NCBI GenBank assembly: GCA_963755715.1
Contig: CAVWLW010000025.1
Coordinates: 94,367 to 158,366 of the forward strand
Source of the DNA: an uncultured delta proteobacterium
Lineage (GTDB): Bacteria; Desulfobacterota; Binatia; UBA9968
Length of the DNA stretch: 64,000 bases
Direction: 5' to 3'
A model generated the notes under the pieces. The model was not told where the DNA came from, searched no databases, and saw nothing but the letters and a program-made list of their open reading frames with translations. A program made the translations under genes and the position numbers. Shown here piece after piece: positions 12,394 through 20,966 of the stretch (the stretch's first letter is position 1; each line of letters begins with the position of its first letter).

Positions 12394-12510
12394 CGGTCAA
12401 AAAGGTTTCAGCTGCGAAGCGCGCGATGGTCGACGAGCGGAGACATGCGTTTGGAGTATGTTGAAGCGAGTCGGGCGAGCGCAAACGAAGCAGCTGAGGT
12501 TTATTGATCG
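12394..12510. repeat. Imperfect ~117-bp palindrome (MITE/REP-like)
   Basis: Left arm CGGTCAAAAAGGTTTCAGCTGC pairs with right arm GCAGCTGAGGTTTATTGATCG. Confidence 0.5.
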
Positions 12511-12515
12511 CACCG

Positions 12516-12544
12516 TTGACTACTGAAATTATTTTCAGTATATA
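12516..12544 (+). promoter_or_regulatory. sigma70 promoter of lexA with a LexA operator in the spacer
   Basis: TTGACT-17bp-TATATA. Palindrome TACTGAAA-TTAT-TTTCAGTA at 12521-12540. Confidence 0.8.
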
Positions 12545-12550
12545 GCTTTT

Positions 12551-13159
12551 ATGCTTCCACCGCTCACCGATCGGCAGAAAGCGATCTACGATTTTCTGCT
12601 CAAGACCATTCGGGAGAAAGGCTTTGCGCCGTCGATCCACGAGATCGGCAAGCAATTCAAAATAGCCTCGACCAACGGCGTCTCCGATCATCTGAAAGCG
12701 CTGGAGAAAAAAGGCTACATCCGCCGGGTCGGTAAGCGCGCCATCGAGGTCGCCAATGCGCTGGGCAAGACGGTTTTGACGGCTACGCGAGAAGTGCCGG
12801 TGCTTGGCCGAGTGCCTGCCGGCAAGCCGTTTCTCAGCGAAGAAAACATCGAGGGGCTTTTGACTATCCCCAACGACATGGGCAGTGGAAAACAGTTTGC
12901 GCTGCAGGTCAAAGGCGACAGCATGACCGGCGCCGGCATCTTGGACGGCGACCGGGTGATCGTGAAACAGCAGGGAGCGGCGGAAAACGGCGAGATCGTC
13001 TGCGCGGTAATTAATGGCGAGGCAACCTTAAAGCGGTTTTTTAAAAAAGATGGCGTCATTACCCTTAAAGCAGAGAATGAAAAATATCCGCCGATCACTG
13101 TGTCGGAAGGGGAATTTCGTATCGCCGGCCGGGTGGTCGGATTGTTAAGAAAGTTTTAA
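12551..13159 (+). CDS. lexA: SOS repressor LexA
   Basis: LTDRQKAI...PSIHEI...STNGVSDHLKALEKKGYI winged HTH; VPAG cleavage site; GDSM serine; TLKR lysine. Confidence 0.96.
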   Translation: MLPPLTDRQKAIYDFLLKTIREKGFAPSIHEIGKQFKIASTNGVSDHLKALEKKGYIRRVGKRAIEVANALGKTVLTATREVPVLGRVPAGKPFLSEENIEGLLTIPNDMGSGKQFALQVKGDSMTGAGILDGDRVIVKQQGAAENGEIVCAVINGEATLKRFFKKDGVITLKAENEKYPPITVSEGEFRIAGRVVGLLRKF

Positions 13160-13167
13160 CGAAGATC

Positions 13168-13261
13168 AGTTCAAATGGTTCAAGTCATCAAAACGTTCAA
13201 GCCGTTTAAAAGGGATTCGAGCGGTTTGAACTATTGGAACTACTGGAACGATTGAAACCGC
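13168..13261. repeat. Inverted pair of degenerate 9-bp tandem arrays
   Basis: AGTTCAAAT GGTTCAAGT ... CGTTCAAGC CGTTTAAAA, then reverse units GTTTGAACT ATTGGAACT ACTGGAACG ATTGAAACC. Confidence 0.75.
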
Positions 13262-13331
13262 TAAGCTTCGAAGTTTTTCCTCTTGAACGGTTCGATGCAA
13301 ATTCGCTGGAAGCCTATTCCGAGTTTTTAAA

Positions 13332-13360
13332 ACCTTTGTGACCTTTGCGTACTTTGTGGT
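13332..13360. repeat. Three 9-bp tandem units (nCTTTGYGn)
   Basis: CCTTTGTGA CCTTTGCGT ACTTTGTGG just before the imuA ATG. Confidence 0.6.
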
Positions 13361-13368
13361 TCATTTTT

Positions 13369-13968
13369 ATGGCTTTTTCTTCCGCGCAAAAACTTCATCT
13401 CGTCGTCCCTTCGAAGACGCCGTGGACGTTGGCCGAAGTCGCTGGGCGGCTGGTGGAGATTTCCGGCTCCACGGCTACCGCCGCGTTGACGCTTACCTTT
13501 GTTTTGGTGCGCGAGGCCCAAGAATGCGGCGAACCGGTGGGTTGGGTGACCTCGAAGGAAAGTTGTTTTTATCCGCTCGATGCGGCTCAAAACGGCATGG
13601 ATTTAAAGTCGTTAGTCGTCATTCGTTTAACCAATACTGAAGGTATCGCGCGGGCCGGCGAAAAGCTTTTGCGCTCCGGCGGCTTCGGTATCGTTGTGCT
13701 CGATCTCGGTGCCGCCGATATTCCGATGCCGTTGCAGACGCGCTTGACCGGTCTTGCCCATCGTCATCACACCGCGCTGGTTTGTCTGACCGAAAAAGAC
13801 CGCGCCGCGTTTTCTCTCGGTTCTTTGGTTTCGCTCCGAGCGCACGCTGAAAAAAAGCGCGCTGCGGATAATCGATTTGCTTGCACGCTGCGCGTTCTCA
13901 AGGACAAACGACGTGGCCCCACTTGGCATTATGAAGAACTCTATACCGGACCGGCTGGCTTGTGTTGA
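13369..13968 (+). CDS. imuA: ImuA/RecA-like accessory protein with degenerate Walker A
   Basis: GRLVEISGSTATAALT (no GKT), YPLDAAQNGMDL, LLRSGGFGIVVLD; lies between lexA and imuB. Confidence 0.8.
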   Translation: MAFSSAQKLHLVVPSKTPWTLAEVAGRLVEISGSTATAALTLTFVLVREAQECGEPVGWVTSKESCFYPLDAAQNGMDLKSLVVIRLTNTEGIARAGEKLLRSGGFGIVVLDLGAADIPMPLQTRLTGLAHRHHTALVCLTEKDRAAFSLGSLVSLRAHAEKKRAADNRFACTLRVLKDKRRGPTWHYEELYTGPAGLC

Positions 13969-15433
13969 TCTGCCGGATTTTCCACTGCAGCTCTTGCTTC
14001 GGCGCCACTCCGAATGGGCCGGTTATCCGGTAGCGGTGGTGGCTGAAGACAAGCCCCAAGGTTTGCTACTCTGGGTTAATGAAAAAGCCCGCCAGCAGGG
14101 CGTGCTCCCCGGCTTGCGTTATGCCGCGGCCTTCTCTTTAGCCACGGGGCTCCGTGCCGGCGCAGTCGCGCTCGCTGAAAGTAAAAAAGCTGTTAGCGAT
14201 TTAACCTATTCTCTCATGCGGTTTACTCCAGAAGTTGAACCATCGGCTGAAGAGCCGGGCGTCTTTTGGTTGAACGGCGCCGGCCTGCAGAATCTCTACG
14301 CTTCGCCGCGGCAATGGGCCTACGCCATACATCAAGATCTGCGCGCCCGAGGATTCACGGCAAATCTGGCGCTCGGCTTCACGCGCTTCGGCGCTTACGC
14401 CGTCGCCAAATCAAAAAAGGGGATTACGATCTTTCGCGATCCCGCCGAAGAGCGCAGCGGCGCACGCGCGGTGCCGCTCAATCGCTTGAATATCGAACCC
14501 GAGTTCCGCGATATACTTTTTCAACTCGGCATTAAAACCGTCGGTGCTTTGCTCTCCCTTCCGCCGGGCGGGCTGCGCGAGCGCTTCGGCACAGCAGCAC
14601 ATCGACTTTACCGCATGGCCGCCGGCGATCTCTGGGCGCCGCTCGAGCCGCAGGCAGTGGAAGAGCGCGCACGACAAAAATACATTCTTGACAATGCGGA
14701 AGACGACACCACGCGGCTGCTGTTTCTGATCAAGCAACTGCTGCATCCACTCTTGATCATTCTAGCGAAGCGCCATCAAGCGCTGGTTACGCTGCAGCTC
14801 GCCTTGCTGATCGATCATAACGGCTGGCTCAAAGAGCCGCTGCGCCCAGCAACCCCAACGCTCAATGCAGCGCAGATTTTAGATTTAATTCGGCTGCGCC
14901 TGGAGTCGTTCCAGCTTGCCGCCGGTGTAGTCGAAATCGAACTCAGCGCCGAAGCTTGCGCCGCTACCAGCGAGCAACTGCGTCTTTTCACCGAAAAGCC
15001 CACGCGTGATTTCGATGCCGCCAATCGCGCGCTGGCTCGCTTGCGCGCCGAATTCGGCGACGAAGCCGTCGTGTGCGCCAAGCTTACCGACGGCCATCTT
15101 CCTGAAGCGCGCTTTACTTGGGAACCTTTGCTCCGCGTCAGATCACCCGAACCGAAAGACGCTGCCGTGAAAACTCTCGTGCGCCGCCTCGCCGCCAAGC
15201 CGATCCGCCTCGCCGGTAAACCCTATCACTCGCACGAAGACGGCTGGCTCATCTTGGGCCCGAAGCGCGGCGCGATCGACAAGCTCACTGGCCCCTACAT
15301 CCTCGCCGGCGGCTGGTGGAATAGAGAAATCCAACGCGAATACTACTACGCCGAAACCCGCCGCGGCGATCTGCTCTGGCTTTATTATGATCGGATAAGA
15401 CGGAGATGGTTTTTGCAAGGGAGCGTCGAATAA
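13931..15433 (+). CDS. imuB: ImuB, inactive Y-family polymerase
   Basis: LACVDLPDFPLQ, ARQQGVLPG, FTPEVE, LGIKTVG, RERFG; C-terminal GPYILAGGWW...REYY...WFLQG. Confidence 0.88.
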   Translation: MKNSIPDRLACVDLPDFPLQLLLRRHSEWAGYPVAVVAEDKPQGLLLWVNEKARQQGVLPGLRYAAAFSLATGLRAGAVALAESKKAVSDLTYSLMRFTPEVEPSAEEPGVFWLNGAGLQNLYASPRQWAYAIHQDLRARGFTANLALGFTRFGAYAVAKSKKGITIFRDPAEERSGARAVPLNRLNIEPEFRDILFQLGIKTVGALLSLPPGGLRERFGTAAHRLYRMAAGDLWAPLEPQAVEERARQKYILDNAEDDTTRLLFLIKQLLHPLLIILAKRHQALVTLQLALLIDHNGWLKEPLRPATPTLNAAQILDLIRLRLESFQLAAGVVEIELSAEACAATSEQLRLFTEKPTRDFDAANRALARLRAEFGDEAVVCAKLTDGHLPEARFTWEPLLRVRSPEPKDAAVKTLVRRLAAKPIRLAGKPYHSHEDGWLILGPKRGAIDKLTGPYILAGGWWNREIQREYYYAETRRGDLLWLYYDRIRRRWFLQGSVE

Positions 15434-15435
15434 TA

Positions 15436-15493
15436 ATCGTTCAAAGGTTCAACGTTGTTTCAGAGCAAGCCAAGCACGTTTGAACTTTGAACT
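15436..15493. repeat. Inverted short repeat array (GTTCAA / TTGAAC)
   Basis: CGTTCAAAG GTTCAACG ... CGTTTGAAC TTTGAACT directly upstream of the four-helix-bundle pseudogene. Confidence 0.65.
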
Positions 15494-15511
15494 AAAACCG
15501 GAGGGTTTATC

Positions 15512-15885
15512 GTGATGAAGCAATTCGAAGAGTTGGAAAGAGGTGCGACGGCTGACGTAAGAGATCTACCGTCTGACCAAGGCAGAGAAATTCTAGAAGG
15601 ATTTCGCGCTGAGCGGCCAAATCGAGCGGGCAGTGAATTCTATCATGTAAATATTGCCGAAGGATTCGAGCGCGCGGCAATCAAGAGTTCAGTCAGTTTA
15701 TATACCAAAGGTTCGTGTGAAGTACTCACAAATTTATGTGGCCGTAGATCAGCGTTACGTTGCCCACGAAAGACGCCGACCTGCTCAAAAAATCGTTCAA
15801 ACCCTTGTCGAGTATGATCAGCAATCTGATTATGTATCTGAGAAAGAGCGGAATGAAGGGCGAGAAATTCAAAAAATCTGCGTGA
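15512..15885 (+). pseudogene. Four-helix-bundle protein (23S rRNA IVS-protein family) pseudogene
   Basis: Stitched frames give MKQFEEL/WKEVRRLT*EIYRLTKAEKF*KDFALSGQIERAVNSIM/NIAEGFER/GNQEFSQF/KGSC/SQIYVAVDQRYV/SMISNLIMYLRKSGMKGEKFKKSA. Two in-frame stops plus indels; GGAGG RBS present. Confidence 0.85.
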
Positions 15886-15998
15886 CCCAAGCATTCAATC
15901 TAACAAAACGGAGCCAGACAATAGAAGCGGCAGACGTGGGGTGATCGACGCGCGACGACTAGCTACGCTACCAGGCTGCTGAAAAATGGCCTTTGCGT

Positions 15999-16334
15999 CT
16001 AACTGCCGTAGTCACTCTTGATTTGCGACGGCATGATAAACCACGACCCGGTACAACTGCGGCGGGCGGTTTCGCCGATATCTCTACCGTTCGTGCCGCC
16101 GTCGTAGTTGCCTGGAACGTCAAAAGTTGCGGTGTAGGCTACGGCCGCGGTCGCTTGTGTCCCGACGCACGTGGCAAGCTTAAAAGGTACGTGCAGGATC
16201 GAGAACAGGATGCTTCCCAAAATAAAAATACCATTGTCCTCTTGTGCTTGCTGCGCGCGGGCCACACCGGGCATGATTAACACGGCAACGGCCAACATCA
16301 CCGCGAACAGTCCCGAAGCCAATCGTCTTTTCAT
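15999..16334 (-). CDS. Small exported or membrane hypothetical protein
   Basis: Signal peptide ending ARA, hydrophobic helix, two Cys, upstream GAAAGGAAG. Confidence 0.7.
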   Translation of the reverse strand: MKRRLASGLFAVMLAVAVLIMPGVARAQQAQEDNGIFILGSILFSILHVPFKLATCVGTQATAAVAYTATFDVPGNYDGGTNGRDIGETARRSCTGSWFIMPSQIKSDYGS

Positions 16335-16406
16335 AAGTCTGCTTCCTTTCTATTTGGGAATTGTCCCGCTGATCGTTTGCTATTGTGCTTGCGAACGGTT
16401 GCCAAG

Positions 16407-17813
16407 TCAAGCAGCCGTGTTGGGCTTTTCGATCCCTTTGCGAGCGGAACTTAAAGCCTTGGGATCGTAACTCTCGGCTCGCTCCAGTGGAGCCGGTTCC
16501 GGTGTTTCCGCAACGAATAGCCGCTCCTTTACGGTCAGCGGCGGCTGTAACAAAAACTTAGTCATGGCATCCGCAGGGATCGGCCGGCAATAGTAGAAGC
16601 CTTGGCCCTCATCGCACTGAAAAACTCTGAGCAGTTTTTTTGCATGAACCGTCTCGACGCCTTCGGCGACGACTTTTAGGCCGAGGTTATGTCCAAGGTC
16701 GATTATGGATTTGACAACTACGGAGTTGTCCCGGTCGGTCTCAATGCTTTGCACAAACGATTTGTCGATCTTGATGCAAGAGACTGGCAGTTTGGTGAGA
16801 TAAGCGAACGAAGAATATCCGGTACCGAAGTCGTCAATGGCGAAATGCGCACCCAGTTGACGAATCTGGTTTAGTGTACGAATCACCCTTTGAGGATCGT
16901 TCATGATGCTCGTTTCAGTGATTTCCAATTCCAAGTTTTTTGGCGCTACTCCCGTATCGCGTAGCAGCTTCTCAATTTGGTCCGGAAGTTCTTGCGCCTC
17001 TAAGTTCCACATAGTCAAATTGACGGCGATGCCTATATCCAGGCCCATGTCATTCCACTGCCGGCACTGGAGAAGAGATTGCTGTAGGACCCACAGGGTT
17101 AACGGAATAATCAATCCCGTGCGCTCTGCAACCGGAATGAACTGATCGGGAACTATGACGCCGTGCTCGGGGTGTTGCCAACGCAGCAGTACTTCGACGC
17201 CCGTGACACGGCCTTGCGAAAGACTTACTTTAGGTTGAAAGGTTAGGAATAGTTGATCCGTGACGATCGCTTGGCGCAGCTCGGTCATCCATTGACGCGG
17301 CGTAAACAAGCTGCGCGGGTTCGCTGAATGAACAGTGAAGAATTTTGCGTCGCTCTTAGTTAACGCGAGGTCATTCTCCGCATATTCGATTAAACTTCTG
17401 ACGCTGTCGCCGTGCTCTGGGTAGAGGGCCGTTCCGATCCGTGGTTGGAGCACAATGGATCGATTCCCAATCTGTACAGGATCTTCTAATCGGGCCAATA
17501 AGCGGTTTATGACCAAATCGAGATCTTGCGGGCCTTGCACTGATTGTAAGAGTACGCCGATGTGGCCGCTGTTCAGCAATGTTACAGTATCGGAGTCACG
17601 CAAGCCGCCCCTCAATCGCATTAACGCTGAATTATTGAGGGCGTTGCCAGCAGGGTCGAGGTTGTCGCTGGTGTTCGAATGATTAAAGGCAAAAAGTAAC
17701 ACGGCGACCTGCGGTACGGTGTGCTTAGCCGAAAGCAGAGCTTGACGAATGCGTAATTCAAATTCCGCGTTGCCACTTGTAGAGACTGCGTTGTGACTCA
17801 TCATGCCGGTCAT
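16407..17813 (-). CDS. c-di-GMP phosphodiesterase: degenerate GGDEF plus EAL domain
   Basis: GGDEF replaced by NSGHI. EVL(LRW), AVN, ELEITE, IDDFGTGYSS, KIDKSF, VAEGVE and GQG are present. Start moved to ATG 17813, downstream of the sigma54 promoter. Confidence 0.88.
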   Translation of the reverse strand: MTGMMSHNAVSTSGNAEFELRIRQALLSAKHTVPQVAVLLFAFNHSNTSDNLDPAGNALNNSALMRLRGGLRDSDTVTLLNSGHIGVLLQSVQGPQDLDLVINRLLARLEDPVQIGNRSIVLQPRIGTALYPEHGDSVRSLIEYAENDLALTKSDAKFFTVHSANPRSLFTPRQWMTELRQAIVTDQLFLTFQPKVSLSQGRVTGVEVLLRWQHPEHGVIVPDQFIPVAERTGLIIPLTLWVLQQSLLQCRQWNDMGLDIGIAVNLTMWNLEAQELPDQIEKLLRDTGVAPKNLELEITETSIMNDPQRVIRTLNQIRQLGAHFAIDDFGTGYSSFAYLTKLPVSCIKIDKSFVQSIETDRDNSVVVKSIIDLGHNLGLKVVAEGVETVHAKKLLRVFQCDEGQGFYYCRPIPADAMTKFLLQPPLTVKERLFVAETPEPAPLERAESYDPKALSSARKGIEKPNTAA

Positions 17814-17895
17814 TTTAAAAGCCTGAGCCCAAGTTTGGATTATCAAAATTCTCGATCGATCGGCGCGCAAAGGCAGACGATCAGGGGTAAATGGC

Positions 17896-17911
17896 AGCAA
17901 TGGTTGTGCCA
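17896..17911 (-). promoter_or_regulatory. sigma54 (-24/-12) promoter
   Basis: TGGCACAACCATTGCT on the minus strand, near-consensus. Confidence 0.8.
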
Positions 17912-18114
17912 GCGACCACAAATTGAGTTTGGTGGCAGTTAGCGGACCGTCAGTTAAGTGCGCGATCTCATAGTAAGCGACACGGGGTGGCAAAAAAGAC
18001 GGGAGAGTCGACATATTTGTCAGGCTCATAAAGAGGTTGCAAAGAATCGCGCGCTAAGAAGTCTGGGTGACTTGTGGATAGTGGCACTGCACCAGTTCAT
18101 CGAGCGGCAATGAC

Positions 18115-19692
18115 TCACTGTTTGATGGCCAAATTTACTGCGGGATACTTTGCTAAAAGCGACGCGTGCTCGGTGTCGTTCTTCACAAAGATCGTCGCTA
18201 CGGGGTCGGAATAAATTGCTTGCCAGTCTATTTGATCGTGAAGTGCAGCTGTGAGCGGCGCCTGAGTGTTAAAAATGACCCAACTGACGGCGTATTTTTT
18301 TAGAATCTCTTTCCATCCCGGCTGCACATCGGCAATTTTTAAGTAATCGCCGCCATATTTCTCGCCGTACATGTCGCTGCGACCATCTATATAGACGCGG
18401 TACGCGGGCCACGCCGTAAATATAATATAGTCGCCGAATTCGTCGTTATTGAACATGTTTCCAGCGATCGGTTCTCGTTTCATAAACTCGACTGCGGCCA
18501 CTGGAAAGACCTTTTCGTCGAACCGATAGGTTATGTTCCCTGACGCGATGAGACCCACAATTAAAGCAATGACGGTTACCGGCCAAGCGTAACCGTTAAC
18601 TTCCGCGTCAATGGCCTTCAAGTTTCGATTGCGCGTTCGATAGAACTTTAAAATGGGTTTAGGCATTCTGTTTACAATTTCCGAAGCTGTTTTCAGTAGC
18701 ACTGGCGCCAGAATAATTGCAAAGAGCGACACGTGCCGTACAGAATAAAGCGACATATAGGACAGCAAGACCACGAGCGAACAGTCGATTAGATTGAGCG
18801 CCGACCGCGATAGCGCTAAAGCACCGATGAGAGCCAATAACATGTATTTAAACGGCAAGGCATCGTGGAAATTGGGTGACAGAAATTCCGTTACTCGATC
18901 CATAACAAAGCGATCTGACGTGATGTGAATAGGAAACCAGAGAAGCTTAGGTCCATACGGATTCACCATGCAGACGCAGACGCAAACGAACAGTAATAGA
19001 GATAATCCTTTGACATTTTGAAGGGATTTTTGTGAGACGTCTGGCGCCTCAGTGAGCGAGTAGAAGAGGTTCCCCGTCAAATAGATCATAACAAGAAGAA
19101 GGCCGATGAAATAACCGCCGTGGAGATTGACCCAGAATAGCATAAGAACCGGAAGAAGATTGAGAGCACGTTCCTTTCCAGACTGAAACCGATCCAAACA
19201 GTGGCACCAAACGACCGTGAACAATAGTGAAAATGCGTGTGGGCGAGCAAGCCAGTGTGTTGATGAAGTCGCGGACGCAAGTAAGGTGACAAAAATACAC
19301 AAAAGGATGTCATCTGATTTGCTTCGGAGAACACGATATAGCAGCCAGTGAGTGGTGGCCAGAATAAAGGCGAAAAAGACAACCACTCCAGTCAGACCGA
19401 ACGCTCTGACGATTGTCGCCATTACGAGCTCGGATAGCCATTCGTGAGCCGTCCATTTAAGCGGCGGATAATGATACGAATAAGGATCGTCGTAGGGGAT
19501 GCGCCAGGTTTGTGCGATCAATTCACCGGTGCGGATGTGGTAGCCGGTGTCTCCATCACTGAGTAGTGCGTTTCCCACACTAAAAATCAAAACACAGAGC
19601 GCCGAAACAAAGACGATATTAGCAATCGACGGAAAGAGGAGCACCGGAATCCAGCGCATCCTGCCTAAAGCGGTATCACTGTCTTTAGCCAT
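18115..19692 (-). CDS. Multi-TM membrane protein, GT-C glycosyltransferase-like
   Basis: DGDTGYH acidic loop after TM1, HEWLSE, RPH, WVNLHGGY, NPYG, many TM helices, and a soluble C-terminal domain (YIDGRSDMYG). Confidence 0.6.
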   Translation of the reverse strand: MAKDSDTALGRMRWIPVLLFPSIANIVFVSALCVLIFSVGNALLSDGDTGYHIRTGELIAQTWRIPYDDPYSYHYPPLKWTAHEWLSELVMATIVRAFGLTGVVVFFAFILATTHWLLYRVLRSKSDDILLCIFVTLLASATSSTHWLARPHAFSLLFTVVWCHCLDRFQSGKERALNLLPVLMLFWVNLHGGYFIGLLLVMIYLTGNLFYSLTEAPDVSQKSLQNVKGLSLLLFVCVCVCMVNPYGPKLLWFPIHITSDRFVMDRVTEFLSPNFHDALPFKYMLLALIGALALSRSALNLIDCSLVVLLSYMSLYSVRHVSLFAIILAPVLLKTASEIVNRMPKPILKFYRTRNRNLKAIDAEVNGYAWPVTVIALIVGLIASGNITYRFDEKVFPVAAVEFMKREPIAGNMFNNDEFGDYIIFTAWPAYRVYIDGRSDMYGEKYGGDYLKIADVQPGWKEILKKYAVSWVIFNTQAPLTAALHDQIDWQAIYSDPVATIFVKNDTEHASLLAKYPAVNLAIKQ

Positions 19693-19758
19693 CAAGAATT
19701 CCGGGCGAATGCGCTCTTGAATTGTCGAGTTGAAATGCCGAATCGGAGAAGACTGAAA

Positions 19759-20961
19759 CTATCCAACCGCTTGGCGAGTGTTGATGGTTTTTTGTTCCTC
19801 GGCTTCTGCATGTGCGAGGGCGGCCGATGCGCCTTGAAGTTTCGCAGGGCGGGATTTTATCAGGCCCATGAGCCAATGTTTCCGCGATTTCTGCTTGTCG
19901 TAATTTCGCGGGAGAACTATCAGGAAGCTGGACCCTTTACCTACTTCACTTTCTACAGTGACGGTCCCGCCGATTTGCTCCAAATGCTTCTTGACAATGC
20001 TTAGGCCCAAGCCGATTCCACCTCGTGAGTTTTCGGTGGAGGTTTTGTGTACCTGCATGAACGGTTCGAATATGTTCATTAAATGCTGTTCGGAAATTCC
20101 CATCCCGGTGTCTTGCACTTCGACTGTAGCCGAGTCGGTCGATGGGTGTTTCCCAACTCGCACCGTGATTGCCCCGCGATCGGTATACTTGACCGCATTT
20201 TGCAATAGATTGCTGACGACCTCTTTTAAGCGAGTCGCGTCACTGCGAATCGATAAAGGGTCTCTGGGGAGTTCCCAGCGGAGTTCGATTCCTTTTTGTC
20301 GGCAAAGAAATTCGAAAGTATCTTTCAAATCATTGATAACTTTCGTCAGTTGCAGCTCTTCGATTCGGAGCGGTTGTTTGCCGGCCTCCAGTCGCGAGTA
20401 GATCAAAATCTGATCGATCATATTTTTGAGATGGGTTGATTGTTTGGCGACGACTTGAAGAATTTCATGATGCTTTGATTCGATTTCTCCATAGAGGCCA
20501 TCGGTGATGCATTCGATGTAACCGATGATGACCGCCAGAGGCGTACGCAACTCGTGGGAGACTTGATTCAAGAATTCTGCTTTCAGTCTTGCTAGATTCT
20601 CTGCCTTTTCTTTTTCCTGCTTGAGCAGCGTCAATTGTGCGTTCGTTTTGCTCTTTGCATTCGACGACGCGCTGCCGATCGCGAGTCCCATCATAAGAAT
20701 TCCGAAAGCTGCGATGGCGCCATAAACAAAGAGCTCTTTGTTGGTTCCCAGCAATTCGGTCAACGTGTCGAATCGAGTTGGCAGGGTTTCTTCTTTGCGC
20801 GTTGATTTGGACCCGCCGCGTGGAGGGTTACCGGCTTCCCGTGCTTGCGCAAGTTCTAAAACGAGCCTTGGGTTGTTCGATAAGTCCGCGGCCGACAAAT
20901 TGGCACTGACGGCCAACGTCACGAGGACGAAAGCTAGGCTTATAAAGGTTCGCGCCGGCAT
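19759..20961 (-). CDS. Membrane sensor histidine kinase
   Basis: H-box SHELRTPL, NLLQNAVKYT, DTGMGI, GIGLGLSI, GKGSSF. Confidence 0.93.
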   Translation of the reverse strand: MPARTFISLAFVLVTLAVSANLSAADLSNNPRLVLELAQAREAGNPPRGGSKSTRKEETLPTRFDTLTELLGTNKELFVYGAIAAFGILMMGLAIGSASSNAKSKTNAQLTLLKQEKEKAENLARLKAEFLNQVSHELRTPLAVIIGYIECITDGLYGEIESKHHEILQVVAKQSTHLKNMIDQILIYSRLEAGKQPLRIEELQLTKVINDLKDTFEFLCRQKGIELRWELPRDPLSIRSDATRLKEVVSNLLQNAVKYTDRGAITVRVGKHPSTDSATVEVQDTGMGISEQHLMNIFEPFMQVHKTSTENSRGGIGLGLSIVKKHLEQIGGTVTVESEVGKGSSFLIVLPRNYDKQKSRKHWLMGLIKSRPAKLQGASAALAHAEAEEQKTINTRQAVG

Positions 20962-20966
20962 TAAAG

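Noticed and set aside
13168-13261. GTTC repeats as alphaproteobacterial GTTC-N7-GTTC LexA boxes or a CRISPR array
   Set aside because: The period is 8-9 bp, not 11. There are no unique spacers or cas genes, and a better operator overlaps the lexA promoter.
15512-15885. Avd gene of a diversity-generating retroelement
   Set aside because: No reverse transcriptase and no TR/VR repeat pair seen in the window; the gene is a pseudogene.
17814-18029. N-terminal extension of the EAL protein in the ORF track
   Set aside because: It overlaps a near-consensus sigma54 promoter and does not look like part of the domain.
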